DNA of 64,000 nt from the NCBI GenBank assembly GCA_903875045.1, contig CAIQUS010000060.1:5690-69689 (forward strand). The letters are read 5' to 3'. The translations under genes and the position numbers were made by a program. Below the pieces are notes generated by a model. It had not been told where the DNA came from and searched no databases. It saw only the letters and a list, made by a program, of their open reading frames with translations. This stretch comes from an uncultured Bacteroidales bacterium (GTDB lineage: Bacteria; Bacteroidota; Bacteroidia; Bacteroidales; FEN-979). Below are positions 28,930-40,414 of this stretch, one piece after another (within the stretch, counting starts at the first letter, position 1; every line of letters begins with the position of its first letter).

Positions 28930-29661
28930 ATGCTGACGCTTTTTAAAAAAGAGATCAATGGTTTCCTGAACTCCCTCATTGGCTATATCGTTATCATGGT
29001 ATTCCTGCTGATGACTGGGCTTTTCCTTTGGGTTTTTCCGCTTGAATTCAATGTGCTCGATTTCGGTTTTGCAGGGTTAGACGGCCTTTTTATCATTGCC
29101 CCTTTTGTGTTTCTATTTCTGATCCCTGCGATCACCATGCGGTCGTTTGCAGATGAGAAGAAAAGTGGAACGCTGGAATTGCTGATGACCCAGCCACTTA
29201 CCGACCTTCAGGTCATTTTAGCCAAATATGCTGCCGGGGTCGTGTTGGTACTATTCTCCTTATTACCAACATTGGTATACTACTTTTCGGTTTACCGGCT
29301 GGGACTTCCTCCGGGAAATCTCGACTCAGGCAGTATCTGGGGATCCTATATCGGCCTGTTTTTCCTTGGCGCCAGTTTTGTTGCAATAGGAATATTTGCC
29401 TCCTCACTGACCGATAATCAAATTGTTTCCTTTATTCTGGCTGTATTTATCAGTTTTATTCTCTACATGGGGTTTGAGTTTGTCTATTCATTCCTGGTTT
29501 CTGGAAAAACCGGACTGATGATCCAGTCATTGGGGCTTAGTGCCCATTACTCCTCGATGAGTCGTGGTGTGGTCGATACCCGCGACCTTGTGTATTTTAT
29601 CAGTGTCACAGCCATCTTTATTCTGATGACAAAATTATCTCTGGAGACCAGGAAATGGTAA
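28930..29661 (+). CDS. gldF: Gliding-motility-associated ABC transporter permease
   Basis: 243 aa with 6 TM segments. 'FADEKKSGTLELLMTQP' is an ABC-2 permease motif. It is followed by a gldG-like gene. Confidence 0.75.
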   Translation: MLTLFKKEINGFLNSLIGYIVIMVFLLMTGLFLWVFPLEFNVLDFGFAGLDGLFIIAPFVFLFLIPAITMRSFADEKKSGTLELLMTQPLTDLQVILAKYAAGVVLVLFSLLPTLVYYFSVYRLGLPPGNLDSGSIWGSYIGLFFLGASFVAIGIFASSLTDNQIVSFILAVFISFILYMGFEFVYSFLVSGKTGLMIQSLGLSAHYSSMSRGVVDTRDLVYFISVTAIFILMTKLSLETRKW

Positions 29662-31421
29662 AACCTGAAATGACAGATAAAAAGAAAAGCATAAAAAGAG
29701 GTAATATAACCGGGCTTCTGCTGGGGTTGGCCATTATTGTTCTGATCAATGTGATCTCTGCATTTATTTTTACCCGGATTGACCTTACCGCCGAAAAACG
29801 TTATTCACTTTCCCCGGCTACCAAAAAGTTGCTTAAAAAACTCGATGATGTTGTTTTTTTCAAGGTTTACCTTTGCGGCGATTTACCTCCCGGATTTCAA
29901 CGTTTGTCGAATGAAACACGCGAGATGCTTGATGAATTCAGGGCTTACAGCGATAACATTCAATATCAATTCATAGATCCGTCTGAAAATCCAAACACCA
30001 AGGAAAGGAATGATGGATTTCGATTGCTTGCCGAACGTGGTTTGCAACCTACCGATTTGAGGGTCAATAAAAAAGGAGAGTCGTCACAAATTATTATTTT
30101 CCCCGGGGCTATGGTTTCATACCATGGAAAAGAGCTTCCGGTACAGTTGCTGATGGCACAATTACAGGAGGATCCAAACAAGGTGCTGAACAACAGCATT
30201 CAGTCCCTGGAGTATAACCTGGCAAGTGTGATCAAGAACCTGACCACGCCTATTAAACCACGTGTGGCCATTATCGAAGGTCAGGGAGAACTTAATCAGC
30301 TGGAAACAATTGATTTGCAAACATCACTTTCTGAATTCTATAACGTTGACCGGATTACCCTCAATAAAAAAATAACAAGCCTGGCAATTCGCATCAAATC
30401 TGACTCAACACACGATGTGCTGATCAACAAGTATCGGGCGATCATCATCGCAAAGCCGACTACCCCATTTGATGAACGCGATAAATTTCTGATCGACCAG
30501 TTTATTATGCGGGGCGGAAAAGTTCTCTGGCTGCTTGATCCCGTTTTTGCAAGCATGGATAGTTTGCAGCGGTACAACTCAACCATGGGCATCCCAAATG
30601 ATATCAACCTGGAGGATATGCTCTTTAATTATGGCGTTCGATTGAATGTCAACCTGGTTCAGGATCTGAATGCACTGCCTATTCCTGTGAAAACCGGCCA
30701 GGTCGGAAACCAGCCGCAGTTTGACTTTTTTAAATGGTATTTTTTTCCTGTACTGATGCCATCGGTTAACCATCCTGTGGTAAACGGGCTTAATGCCATT
30801 AAAACAGAATTTTTAAGTACCCTTGATACGGTAACTGCCCCTGGGATAAAAAAGACCATTCTCCTTGAAACCTCGCCTTATGCCCGAACGGTGAATGCTC
30901 CGGCTTTTATTGACCTTGAAATATTAAAGAAACAACCAAATGAACGAATGTTCAATCAGGGTCCAATGCCTGTTGCAGTTCTGCTTGAAGGAGAATTTCC
31001 ATCTTCTTTCCTGTTCCGGATACCGCCAGAACTTGCAGACAATGCTTCACTTGGCTATAAAGACAAGAGTAAGAAAACAAAAATGATCATCATTTCCGAT
31101 GGCGATATTGTTAAAAATCAATTCCATTTTTCACAGGGATATCCTATGCCTTTGGGATATGATCAATATACAAAACAAACATTCGGGAATAAGGATCTGG
31201 CTTTGAATGCCGTTAATTATTTGTGTGATGATTCCGGATTGATATCAGTACGTTCCCGTGAATTGAAGCTCAGGATGCTCGATACAGCGAAGGTCTCAAA
31301 GCAACGGATTCTGTGGCAATTACTCAATATTCTGCTTCCGATCTTTTTAATCACAATTTTCGGCTTTGTAAAATACCGGCTGCGTAAAAGAGCTTATGCA
31401 GGTCCGGTCCGCAAAAGTTAA
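29655..31421 (+). CDS. gldG: Gliding-associated ABC transporter auxiliary component
   Basis: 588 aa with N- and C-terminal TM anchors. 'RIDLTAEKRYSLS' is a typical GldG N-terminus. Overlaps gldF by 7 nt. Confidence 0.75.
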   Translation: MVKPEMTDKKKSIKRGNITGLLLGLAIIVLINVISAFIFTRIDLTAEKRYSLSPATKKLLKKLDDVVFFKVYLCGDLPPGFQRLSNETREMLDEFRAYSDNIQYQFIDPSENPNTKERNDGFRLLAERGLQPTDLRVNKKGESSQIIIFPGAMVSYHGKELPVQLLMAQLQEDPNKVLNNSIQSLEYNLASVIKNLTTPIKPRVAIIEGQGELNQLETIDLQTSLSEFYNVDRITLNKKITSLAIRIKSDSTHDVLINKYRAIIIAKPTTPFDERDKFLIDQFIMRGGKVLWLLDPVFASMDSLQRYNSTMGIPNDINLEDMLFNYGVRLNVNLVQDLNALPIPVKTGQVGNQPQFDFFKWYFFPVLMPSVNHPVVNGLNAIKTEFLSTLDTVTAPGIKKTILLETSPYARTVNAPAFIDLEILKKQPNERMFNQGPMPVAVLLEGEFPSSFLFRIPPELADNASLGYKDKSKKTKMIIISDGDIVKNQFHFSQGYPMPLGYDQYTKQTFGNKDLALNAVNYLCDDSGLISVRSRELKLRMLDTAKVSKQRILWQLLNILLPIFLITIFGFVKYRLRKRAYAGPVRKS

Positions 31422-31423
31422 TT

Positions 31424-32491
31424 ATGAAAAAAAACAAAACTATTTTTATTGTCTTTATCGCGCTGGCACTGATTGCATTGGTATTGTGGCTTACCCAGTC
31501 TGCAACAACATTCAGGCGATCGTTGAGTGATTTTAGCGTCAGTGACACTTCAACTATCACCAGGATCTTTATGTCCGATAAAAATAACAATAGTGTTACC
31601 CTGAATAAAAAATCACCCGGTCTTTGGATGGTAAATGATAAATATCTTGCACAAAACCAAAGTGTCGGCCTGCTGCTGAAAACAATGCTGCAACTCGAAG
31701 TCCAGCAGCCTGTTGCCAAGGCTGCACATGATAATATCATCAAGGAACTTGCCGTAAATTCTGTAAAGGTTGAAATTTACCAGATGGTTTATCGGATCGA
31801 TCTGTTTGGGGCCATTCGGTGGTTCCCTCATGAAAAGCTGACCAAAGTGTATTATGTGGGTGGCGCCACCCCAAGCAACCAGGGTTGTTTCATGCTGATG
31901 CAGAATTCCTCTGAACCATTCATCGTATGCCTGCCGGGGTTCAGGGGTTTTGTTTCCCCGAGATATAGCCCGATTGAAAAATACTGGCGGAATTACAATG
32001 TTTTCAAAAAAACCATTCCTGAAATTGCCGTTGTGAAAGTTGATATCCCGTCAACCCCCGATTATTCTTATGAAGTCAGGAATAACGGGAATAACAAATT
32101 TGTGTTGATCTCACTGGCCGATCAAAAGGAAGTGGAAAACTATGACACACTCAAACTATTGAATTTTCTATCCGGTTTCAGGAACCTGAACTACGAGGCG
32201 CTGTTGAATGATATGGACAAAGCCCGTAAAGATTCCATCCTGAATTCTCAGCCGTTTATCATTATAACCCTTACCGATACGGCAGGGGTGAGTAAAACAA
32301 TCACTACTTTTCATAAACAGGGTCCATCAGGCCAGCTGGATCCCAAAGGGGCACCCTTGCCGTATGACCTTGACAGGTTGTATGCTTCAGTGAATGATGG
32401 CCAGGATTTTACGATCATTCAATATTTTACTTTTGATAAAGTATTACGGCCAAAACCATTTTTTTTCAAAGATGCCCCATCGAAAAAGTAA
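31424..32491 (+). CDS. DUF4340-like protein (conserved partner downstream of gldG)
   Basis: 355 aa with a single N-terminal TM segment. Called from position 2 nt after gldG. Family assignment from memory. Confidence 0.45.
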   Translation: MKKNKTIFIVFIALALIALVLWLTQSATTFRRSLSDFSVSDTSTITRIFMSDKNNNSVTLNKKSPGLWMVNDKYLAQNQSVGLLLKTMLQLEVQQPVAKAAHDNIIKELAVNSVKVEIYQMVYRIDLFGAIRWFPHEKLTKVYYVGGATPSNQGCFMLMQNSSEPFIVCLPGFRGFVSPRYSPIEKYWRNYNVFKKTIPEIAVVKVDIPSTPDYSYEVRNNGNNKFVLISLADQKEVENYDTLKLLNFLSGFRNLNYEALLNDMDKARKDSILNSQPFIIITLTDTAGVSKTITTFHKQGPSGQLDPKGAPLPYDLDRLYASVNDGQDFTIIQYFTFDKVLRPKPFFFKDAPSKK

Positions 32492-32511
32492 TCTGGTTAA
32501 GAGGATAGGCC

Positions 32512-33762
32512 TTGCCTGCCATGAATAAAGAAGTCATCAAATATCTTACCGGACGATTTATCCCTGCCATTGTAAATGTGGCAGTAATCGTTCTTGCCAT
32601 CAGGTTTCTCGGTCCGGTCGAGTATGGTAAGTATTCTTTGCTGATATACACAGTTTTACTGGTTATTACCCTAAGTTTTAACTGGGTGCAGGTTAGTATT
32701 CTCCGGTTTCTTGCTGGTATGCCCCGTGAAACAAATGTTGTAATGAGCAGGTTTTTCGACCTGACCATCTTTAGCGCTTTATTTTCAACCTTGATTGTTA
32801 TTCTTCTGGGTATATGGTATTTTCATTTGTCGTGGTTGGAATTATTGCTGATCGCCCTTTTTGCCTTTCTTAACCATTTCTACCTGTTTCATCAGGCAAT
32901 CCTGCAGGCATACCATAAAACCATTCGAACCGCAATTTTGGAAGGTTCAGACCAATTGATCATACTTATTGTGCTTCTTGTCGGCCTCTTCTTCTTTGAA
33001 TGGAGATCCTCATTACTGTTGTTCAGTTCACTTGTGATCGGAGTGGCAGGTGTGCTGATTTTGCGGTCACTTATCAGGGTTAAAGGGCTTCTTACCATTG
33101 ATTTGACACATATATACTGGGATTCGAGATTTTCAGCGAAAGTTGCCGAGTTTGGTTACGGAATCACCTTATGGCTCTTCCTTTCACACTTGCTCATGGC
33201 CATGGACCGTTTTATTATTATGGAGTATCTGGGCTATCGGGATGCGGGAATGTATTCGGCGTTAAAAGACCTCCTGTTTAAATGTATTTCGTTCGCAAGT
33301 TTTCCGATTTATATTTCATATCAGGCTAAAATACATGAACAATGGAATTCACGGCATCACAGAGAAGCCTGGGTGGCGATCAAGGAGGCACTTAGTTTTG
33401 AGATTCTTATTTTTATCATTTTCTTTATTGCCTTCATGGTTGTTAAACAGATGTTGCTTGAGGAAGTTCTGAAAATCCCTGAAGTTGACATCTGGCTGAT
33501 TTATCTTCCTGTGCTTCTGGCTGCTTTTCTATGGCAGGCAGGCCTTCTTTTTCAAAGGTTTGCCGAACTTGTTTTCCGGTCAGCATATATGCTTGGTGCC
33601 ATTGGGATTGTCGTAGCACTGAACCTGATACTTAACCTTGTTTTCGTACCTGTTTACGGGTTGATAGCCTCTTCCCTGGCACTTTTGTTTACCTCACTGT
33701 TATATGCTGGTTTTATCGTGCTCCTTTCTTTCATTGCTGGTCAGCGACTTTCAAAAGAATAA
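32512..33762 (+). CDS. Polysaccharide/oligosaccharide flippase (MOP/Wzx-like)
   Basis: 416 aa with about 12 TM segments. The N-terminal 'GRFIPAIVNVAVIVLAIRFLGPVEYGKYSLL' resembles Wzx-type flippases. Confidence 0.6.
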   Translation: MPAMNKEVIKYLTGRFIPAIVNVAVIVLAIRFLGPVEYGKYSLLIYTVLLVITLSFNWVQVSILRFLAGMPRETNVVMSRFFDLTIFSALFSTLIVILLGIWYFHLSWLELLLIALFAFLNHFYLFHQAILQAYHKTIRTAILEGSDQLIILIVLLVGLFFFEWRSSLLLFSSLVIGVAGVLILRSLIRVKGLLTIDLTHIYWDSRFSAKVAEFGYGITLWLFLSHLLMAMDRFIIMEYLGYRDAGMYSALKDLLFKCISFASFPIYISYQAKIHEQWNSRHHREAWVAIKEALSFEILIFIIFFIAFMVVKQMLLEEVLKIPEVDIWLIYLPVLLAAFLWQAGLLFQRFAELVFRSAYMLGAIGIVVALNLILNLVFVPVYGLIASSLALLFTSLLYAGFIVLLSFIAGQRLSKE

Positions 33763-33816
33763 CCAGGGGAGTTTGTCGAATTGTACTATTTTTGAACTCC
33801 TGTAAAATGATATTGC

Positions 33817-35061
33817 ATGCGACACCACGTTCATGAACGTATATTTTGGATTTCCTGCATTGCCATTGCATTTTTTCAACCTGTTTTTGGACGGATCGTG
33901 CCCCTGTGCATCGGGATAATGGTGTTGAACTGGCTGGTTGATGGCCGCTTTGTACATAATTTGCTGAGAGTCCTCAGCGAACCAATGCGTAAATATACCC
34001 TGGGTTTTGCCTCATTATATCTTCTGTATCTGATTGGACTTCTCTATACGACAAACTTTGATTATGGCTGGTTTGACCTTGAGGTAAAATTGTCGCTCCT
34101 TGTGTTTCCATTGGTTTTTGCCACCTCTCCATGGCCTTTGTTTTCACCACAACGTTTAAATTTTATCCTCTGGGGTTTTGTGACAGGTTGCCTGGCAGGG
34201 GCGCTGATCTTTTTGGGACATGCATCTGTGAATGAATATTCCTACCGGATCCCCAACTCTTTTTATTACATGAAGCTGGCCTGGTTTTTTCATCCAAGCT
34301 ATTTGTCCATGTATTATAATTTTGCTATTGCGGTGCTTATATTGAAGATGTTAAAAGGTTTAAATGGACATTTTGTGAAATCCTTGTTCATGGTTGGCTT
34401 GATTTTATTTCTTGCCGTGATGATTTTGCTTCTCTCCTCAAAAGCGGGGGTTTTTACACTTGGGGCGATTATTCTTCTTGCAGCTCTTTACTCATGGAAA
34501 AAGATGAAGTCAAAATTGACGGGCCTGTTGATTGTTGGAAGTGGTGTGGCTCTGTTTGGAATTAGTTATTGGCTGGCACCGGTAGCTTTTTCGCGCATTT
34601 CTGCGGCGGGACACGCTGTTTCTTCTCAACCTTCCTCTGCACGATTGCAATCAGAAAGCAACGCCGACCGAATGGCCGTATGGGTAACAGCAATAGGTAT
34701 TCTGAAAGAAAACTATTTGACAGGTGTTGGCACGGGAGATGTCAAGGATGCCCTGCTTGACGGCTACAAAAAAAATAATATGATTCCTGCCTTTGAACAT
34801 CAATTCAACGCTCACAATCAATACCTTCAAACCTTTGTTACCCTGGGAATCGGGGGCTTTCTGCTTTTGGTTGTTCTAATGGTTCATCCGGCCTTATGGG
34901 CATTTCGAAACGGCCAGGTTCTTTACTTCGCTTTTTTATTGATATTCGGGATGAATATTTTAGTTGAATCAATGCTGGAAGTTCAGGCGGGAGTCGTCTT
35001 TTATGCTTTTTTTAATATTTTACTCTTCACGGCAAAAAGAAACGGGGACACAGTTTCCTGA
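33817..35061 (+). CDS. O-antigen ligase/polymerase family (Wzy_C) membrane protein
   Basis: 414 aa, polytopic. A large loop with 'SSKAG', 'GVGTGD' and 'AHNQYLQTFVTLGIGG' is typical of Wzy_C proteins. Confidence 0.65.
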   Translation: MRHHVHERIFWISCIAIAFFQPVFGRIVPLCIGIMVLNWLVDGRFVHNLLRVLSEPMRKYTLGFASLYLLYLIGLLYTTNFDYGWFDLEVKLSLLVFPLVFATSPWPLFSPQRLNFILWGFVTGCLAGALIFLGHASVNEYSYRIPNSFYYMKLAWFFHPSYLSMYYNFAIAVLILKMLKGLNGHFVKSLFMVGLILFLAVMILLLSSKAGVFTLGAIILLAALYSWKKMKSKLTGLLIVGSGVALFGISYWLAPVAFSRISAAGHAVSSQPSSARLQSESNADRMAVWVTAIGILKENYLTGVGTGDVKDALLDGYKKNNMIPAFEHQFNAHNQYLQTFVTLGIGGFLLLVVLMVHPALWAFRNGQVLYFAFLLIFGMNILVESMLEVQAGVVFYAFFNILLFTAKRNGDTVS

Positions 35062-35095
35062 GCCCCCGTTTGAATCAAAATGAACTGGTCGGTTC

Positions 35096-36469
<1,374 letters not shown>

Positions 36470-36515
36470 TTAATAATTGAGTGTGGTATACCAATAGAAT
36501 ATGATACCTTGAGTA

Positions 36516-36537
36516 TGTGAAATAATTCACAATATTA
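36516..36537 (-). promoter_or_regulatory. TAATATTG box overlapping a perfect CRP/FNR-type palindrome TGTGA-N6-TCACA upstream of gdhA
   Basis: Plus strand tgtgaaataattcaca at 36516-36531. On the minus strand a taatattg box overlaps the palindrome by 2 nt. The site is 62-77 nt upstream of the gdhA ATG. Confidence 0.45.
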
Positions 36538-36633
36538 AATAAAATTTCTGACAGCAAAGTTATAAAATTGATTTTTTTTTTGATAAAGATTTATAATTCA
36601 ATTTGATAAGAAATATACGTACCGTAAATACGT

Positions 36634-36651
36634 AATACACGTATGTGTATT
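36634..36651. promoter_or_regulatory. Small hairpin/inverted repeat within a cluster of ACGTA motifs in the gdhA-hydrogenase intergenic region
   Basis: aatacac-gtat-gtgtatt gives a 7-bp stem. tacgta occurs at 36616 and 36629 and cacgta at 36638. Confidence 0.3.
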
Positions 36652-36832
36652 AAGGGAAAAAATCATTTTCAATGAAGGTGTCCATTTATCAGAAGGGCTA
36701 TCCGTCTAAAACCATTGAAAACATAATGGCTCCCATTATTTAGAATTCATATAAATTAGCATCGACCTATTGACATATAGCAAATATGATATATTTTTAC
36801 AAATCAATGTAACCATTTAAACCGATCGTGTT

Positions 36833-37942
36833 ATGGAGAATCAGAGACCTTCTTTTTACGAGGAAGCCATAGGGAAAGGTGTGTCCCGACGGGATTTCCT
36901 TAAGTTTTGCGCCACCATGGCAGCCTTTCTTGGATTGGAAGCCAGTGGCGTGAGCCAAATAGTGAAAGCACTTGAATCAAAGCCCAGGCTTCCTGTGATT
37001 TGGTTCCATTTTCAGGAATGTACATGCTGCAGTGAGTCTTTCATCCGGGCATCGCATCCGTTGGTTGCAGATATTGTTCTGAATAAAATTTCCCTCGACT
37101 ATCAGGAAACATTGATGGCCGCCTCCGGAGTTCAGGCTGAAGATGCATACAAAGCGGTGATGCAGAAATACCCCGGTGAATACATTGTAATGGTTGAAGG
37201 TTCCATCCCTACTGAAAATGAGGCCTATTGTTGTATCGGAGGCCGAAGTGCGCTTCAGATTCTTCAGGAAGCTGTAAAAAATTGCAAGGCTGTGGTGGCC
37301 TGGGGTAATTGCGCTTCTGCCGGATGTGTTCAGGCTGCAAGCCCCAATCCAACCGGTGCAAAACCAGTTCATAAAGTTATCAGCGGCAAACCGGTTATCA
37401 ATGTGCAGGGCTGTCCGCCTATTGCCGATGTTATGGCTGGTGTTGTTGTCCACTTGCTTACATTCGACCGCATTCCACAGTTAGACGGATTAGGCCGCCC
37501 GAAAGCCTTTTATTCGCGCAGGGTGCACGACACTTGCTACCGCAGGGCCAATTTCGATGCCGGTTTATTTGTTGAATCATTCGATGATGAAGGTGCAAAG
37601 CGTGGTTATTGCCTCTATAAAATGGGATGCAAAGGTCCTGTTACCTACAACGCATGCGGAATTATCAAATGGAACGACAGTGTTAGTTACCCTATTCAGT
37701 CGGGGCATCCCTGTATAGGATGTGCAGAAGCCGGATTTTGGGACAACGGCCCGTTCTATCAGCACCTGCCTGAAGTCGCAGGATTCGGTATCGAAACCAC
37801 TGCCGACAAAATTGGAGTGGGTCTCGGAGTTGCTACGGCGGTCGGTATTGCCGGCCATGCCATTGTAACCAACATCCGCAAACATAAAGAGATTATAAAT
37901 GAAGAACCTGAAGCAGGTTCCACAGTTGAAACCAAGAAATAA
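36833..37942 (+). CDS. hyaA: [NiFe] hydrogenase small subunit (Tat-exported)
   Basis: 369 aa. 'SRRDFLKFCATMAA' twin-arginine signal, Cys clusters for three Fe-S centres ('CTCCSES', 'GCPP', 'CIGCAE') and a C-terminal TM anchor. Confidence 0.95.
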   Translation: MENQRPSFYEEAIGKGVSRRDFLKFCATMAAFLGLEASGVSQIVKALESKPRLPVIWFHFQECTCCSESFIRASHPLVADIVLNKISLDYQETLMAASGVQAEDAYKAVMQKYPGEYIVMVEGSIPTENEAYCCIGGRSALQILQEAVKNCKAVVAWGNCASAGCVQAASPNPTGAKPVHKVISGKPVINVQGCPPIADVMAGVVVHLLTFDRIPQLDGLGRPKAFYSRRVHDTCYRRANFDAGLFVESFDDEGAKRGYCLYKMGCKGPVTYNACGIIKWNDSVSYPIQSGHPCIGCAEAGFWDNGPFYQHLPEVAGFGIETTADKIGVGLGVATAVGIAGHAIVTNIRKHKEIINEEPEAGSTVETKK

Positions 37943-37950
37943 TCATAGCC

Positions 37951-39669
37951 ATGGCAGAAAGAATCGTAATAGATCCCATCACCCGCATTGAAGGTCACCT
38001 GCGGGTTGAAATTGAAATCCAGGATGGTAAAATCACCGATGCCTTCAGTGCAGGCACCATGGTGCGAGGCATCGAAACTATTTTAAAAGGCCGCGATCCG
38101 AGGGATGCATGGGCTTTTGTAGGCCGGGTATGCGGAGTTTGTACTTCAACCCATTCACTAACCTCTGTGAGAACGGTCGAAAACGCCTTAGGCATTGCTG
38201 TACCTCCCAATGCTGAACTCATCCGGAACCTGATGGCCAACGCATTGTACATTCAGGACCATGTTGTTCATTTTTACCAGCTGCATGCCCTCGACTGGGT
38301 GGATGTGGTGTCGGCACTCAAAGCCAATCCGGCCGAAGCATCGCGGATCGCACAAAGCATATCCCCCTGGGCTAAAAGTTCTGTTGGTTATTTCACGGAC
38401 ATCCAGAAGAAATTTAAAAATTTCGTCGACAGCGGCCAGTTGGGCATTTTTGCCAATGGATACTGGGGGCACAAGGCTTACAAACTACCCCCTGAAGTGA
38501 ACCTCATTGCGGTTGCACATTATCTTGAAGCACTCGAATGGCAAAAAGAACTTGTGAAGGTCCATACCGTTTTTGGCGGAAAAAACCCTCATCCCAACTA
38601 CCTGGTTGGTGGCGTTCCCTGCTCAATCAATATTGATGAGGCCAATGCAGTGAATGCAGAACGCCTTGCGTTTGTCGGCAAACTGTTTGAGGATGCCAAG
38701 ACCTTCGTTGATCAGGTTTATATTCCGGATTTACTGGCAATTGCTTCCTTTTATAAAGACTGGGGCGCAATTGGCGGAGGTTTGACGAATTATTTGTCTT
38801 TCGGTGATTTCCCGTCCAATGGCTATAACAATCCTGAGAGTTTCAAAATGCCACGCGGTGCCATATTGGGACGTGACCTCAGCAAAATCCATGAAGTTAA
38901 GGCTGAAGACCCTGAACAGATTCAGGAGTACATCAACAATTCGTGGTATGAATATTCCAAGGGTGACAAAACCGGACTGCATCCCTGGGATGGAGAAACC
39001 AAATTTAACTATACCGGGCCCAAACCTCCGTATGAACAACTGGATGTTTCACAGAAGTACAGTTGGGTGAAAACCCCGCGCTGGAAAGGAAACCCGATGG
39101 AAGTTGGACCACTGTCACGCATGCTTGTGGGCTACGCTTCCGGCAGGGCAGATTACAAGGAGGTAATCGAAAGCACCTTGAAAACACTTGATGTACCAGT
39201 TGCCGCTTTATTCTCAACACTTGGCAGAACAGCCGCCAGGGGGCTTGAAACCAAGTTGGTGTGCGGATGGGCGCTGGAGTTTTATCAACAACTTCTTGCC
39301 AACATCAAGAATGGTGATTCCCGTACCCAAAATAACGCAAAATGGGAACCTGAATCCTGGCCTAAACAGGCAAAAGGCATTGGTATGGTGGAAGCTCCCC
39401 GCGGTGCTTTGTCGCATTTCATTGTCATCGAAGACAAAAAAATTGCGAATTATCAATTGGTTGTGCCTACTACCTGGAATGCTTCACCCCGCGATTTAAA
39501 GGGTCAACGCTCGGCCTTCGAGGAATCCCTGATCGGAACTCCGGTAGCTGATCCGAAAATTCCGCTTGAGGTGCTTCGTACCATTCACTCCTTCGATCCT
39601 TGCCTGGCTTGTGCCGTGCATTTGTATGACGAAAATGGAACTACCATTCATGACCTGAAAACCTATTAA
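37951..39669 (+). CDS. hyaB: [NiFe] hydrogenase large subunit
   Basis: 572 aa. 'RIEGHLR', N-terminal 'RVCGVCTSTH' and C-terminal 'DPCLACAVH' Ni-binding motifs, followed by a 15-aa extension typical of protease-processed large subunits. Confidence 0.95.
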   Translation: MAERIVIDPITRIEGHLRVEIEIQDGKITDAFSAGTMVRGIETILKGRDPRDAWAFVGRVCGVCTSTHSLTSVRTVENALGIAVPPNAELIRNLMANALYIQDHVVHFYQLHALDWVDVVSALKANPAEASRIAQSISPWAKSSVGYFTDIQKKFKNFVDSGQLGIFANGYWGHKAYKLPPEVNLIAVAHYLEALEWQKELVKVHTVFGGKNPHPNYLVGGVPCSINIDEANAVNAERLAFVGKLFEDAKTFVDQVYIPDLLAIASFYKDWGAIGGGLTNYLSFGDFPSNGYNNPESFKMPRGAILGRDLSKIHEVKAEDPEQIQEYINNSWYEYSKGDKTGLHPWDGETKFNYTGPKPPYEQLDVSQKYSWVKTPRWKGNPMEVGPLSRMLVGYASGRADYKEVIESTLKTLDVPVAALFSTLGRTAARGLETKLVCGWALEFYQQLLANIKNGDSRTQNNAKWEPESWPKQAKGIGMVEAPRGALSHFIVIEDKKIANYQLVVPTTWNASPRDLKGQRSAFEESLIGTPVADPKIPLEVLRTIHSFDPCLACAVHLYDENGTTIHDLKTY

Positions 39670-39672
39670 GCC

Positions 39673-40395
39673 ATGAGAAACCGATCTGTCCCTTTGCGTG
39701 AGGTGCATGTGTGGGAGATGCCTGTCCGTGTCTACCATTGGATCAATGCACTGTGTATAACCACGCTGTGTGTTACCGGTTACTTAATCGGTGACCCTCT
39801 TGCCTTGATGAATGGCACAGAAGCCTATTTCAACTATTGGTTCGGAACTGTCAGGTTCATTCATTTTATCAGCGCTTTCCTGTTCTTTTTCAATTTCATT
39901 TTTCGGTTATATTGGGGTTTTACAGGGAATGAATTTTCACGGTGGTACAATTATATCCCACTCAAACGCTGTCAATGGAAAGAGATGCTTGATGTAATTA
40001 AAGTTGATGTGCTTCAGGTAACCAATAAAAAGATTGATTCAATTGGCCATAATTCTCTGGCTAGTTTTATCTATTTTATTACTTTCCTTATCTTCCTGCT
40101 GCAATGTCTTACCGGTTTCGGAATGTATGCTGCCATGAGTAATGCTTTTCTGCCTAAACTATTTGCCTGGGTGGTTCCATTTCTCGGGGGAGACATGAAT
40201 GTACGTCAAATCCATCATATCCTGATGTGGGCTTTCATCCTCTTCGCGATGGTGCACATGTATCTGGTATTTTATCATGATTATATCGAACGTCGCGGAG
40301 TTACATCTTCCATGATCGGTGGCTGGAAATTCATCGAAGAAGATGTGATTGAGCGTCACGATAACAAATCGGAAGATTGCCCTAAAAAGTTATAA
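39673..40395 (+). CDS. hyaC: Ni/Fe-hydrogenase b-type cytochrome subunit
   Basis: 240 aa with 4 TM segments. 'RVYHWINALCI' and conserved His residues of the CybH/HyaC family. Confidence 0.85.
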   Translation: MRNRSVPLREVHVWEMPVRVYHWINALCITTLCVTGYLIGDPLALMNGTEAYFNYWFGTVRFIHFISAFLFFFNFIFRLYWGFTGNEFSRWYNYIPLKRCQWKEMLDVIKVDVLQVTNKKIDSIGHNSLASFIYFITFLIFLLQCLTGFGMYAAMSNAFLPKLFAWVVPFLGGDMNVRQIHHILMWAFILFAMVHMYLVFYHDYIERRGVTSSMIGGWKFIEEDVIERHDNKSEDCPKKL

Positions 40396-40414
40396 CTTCT
40401 AAATAGCAGCGCGT

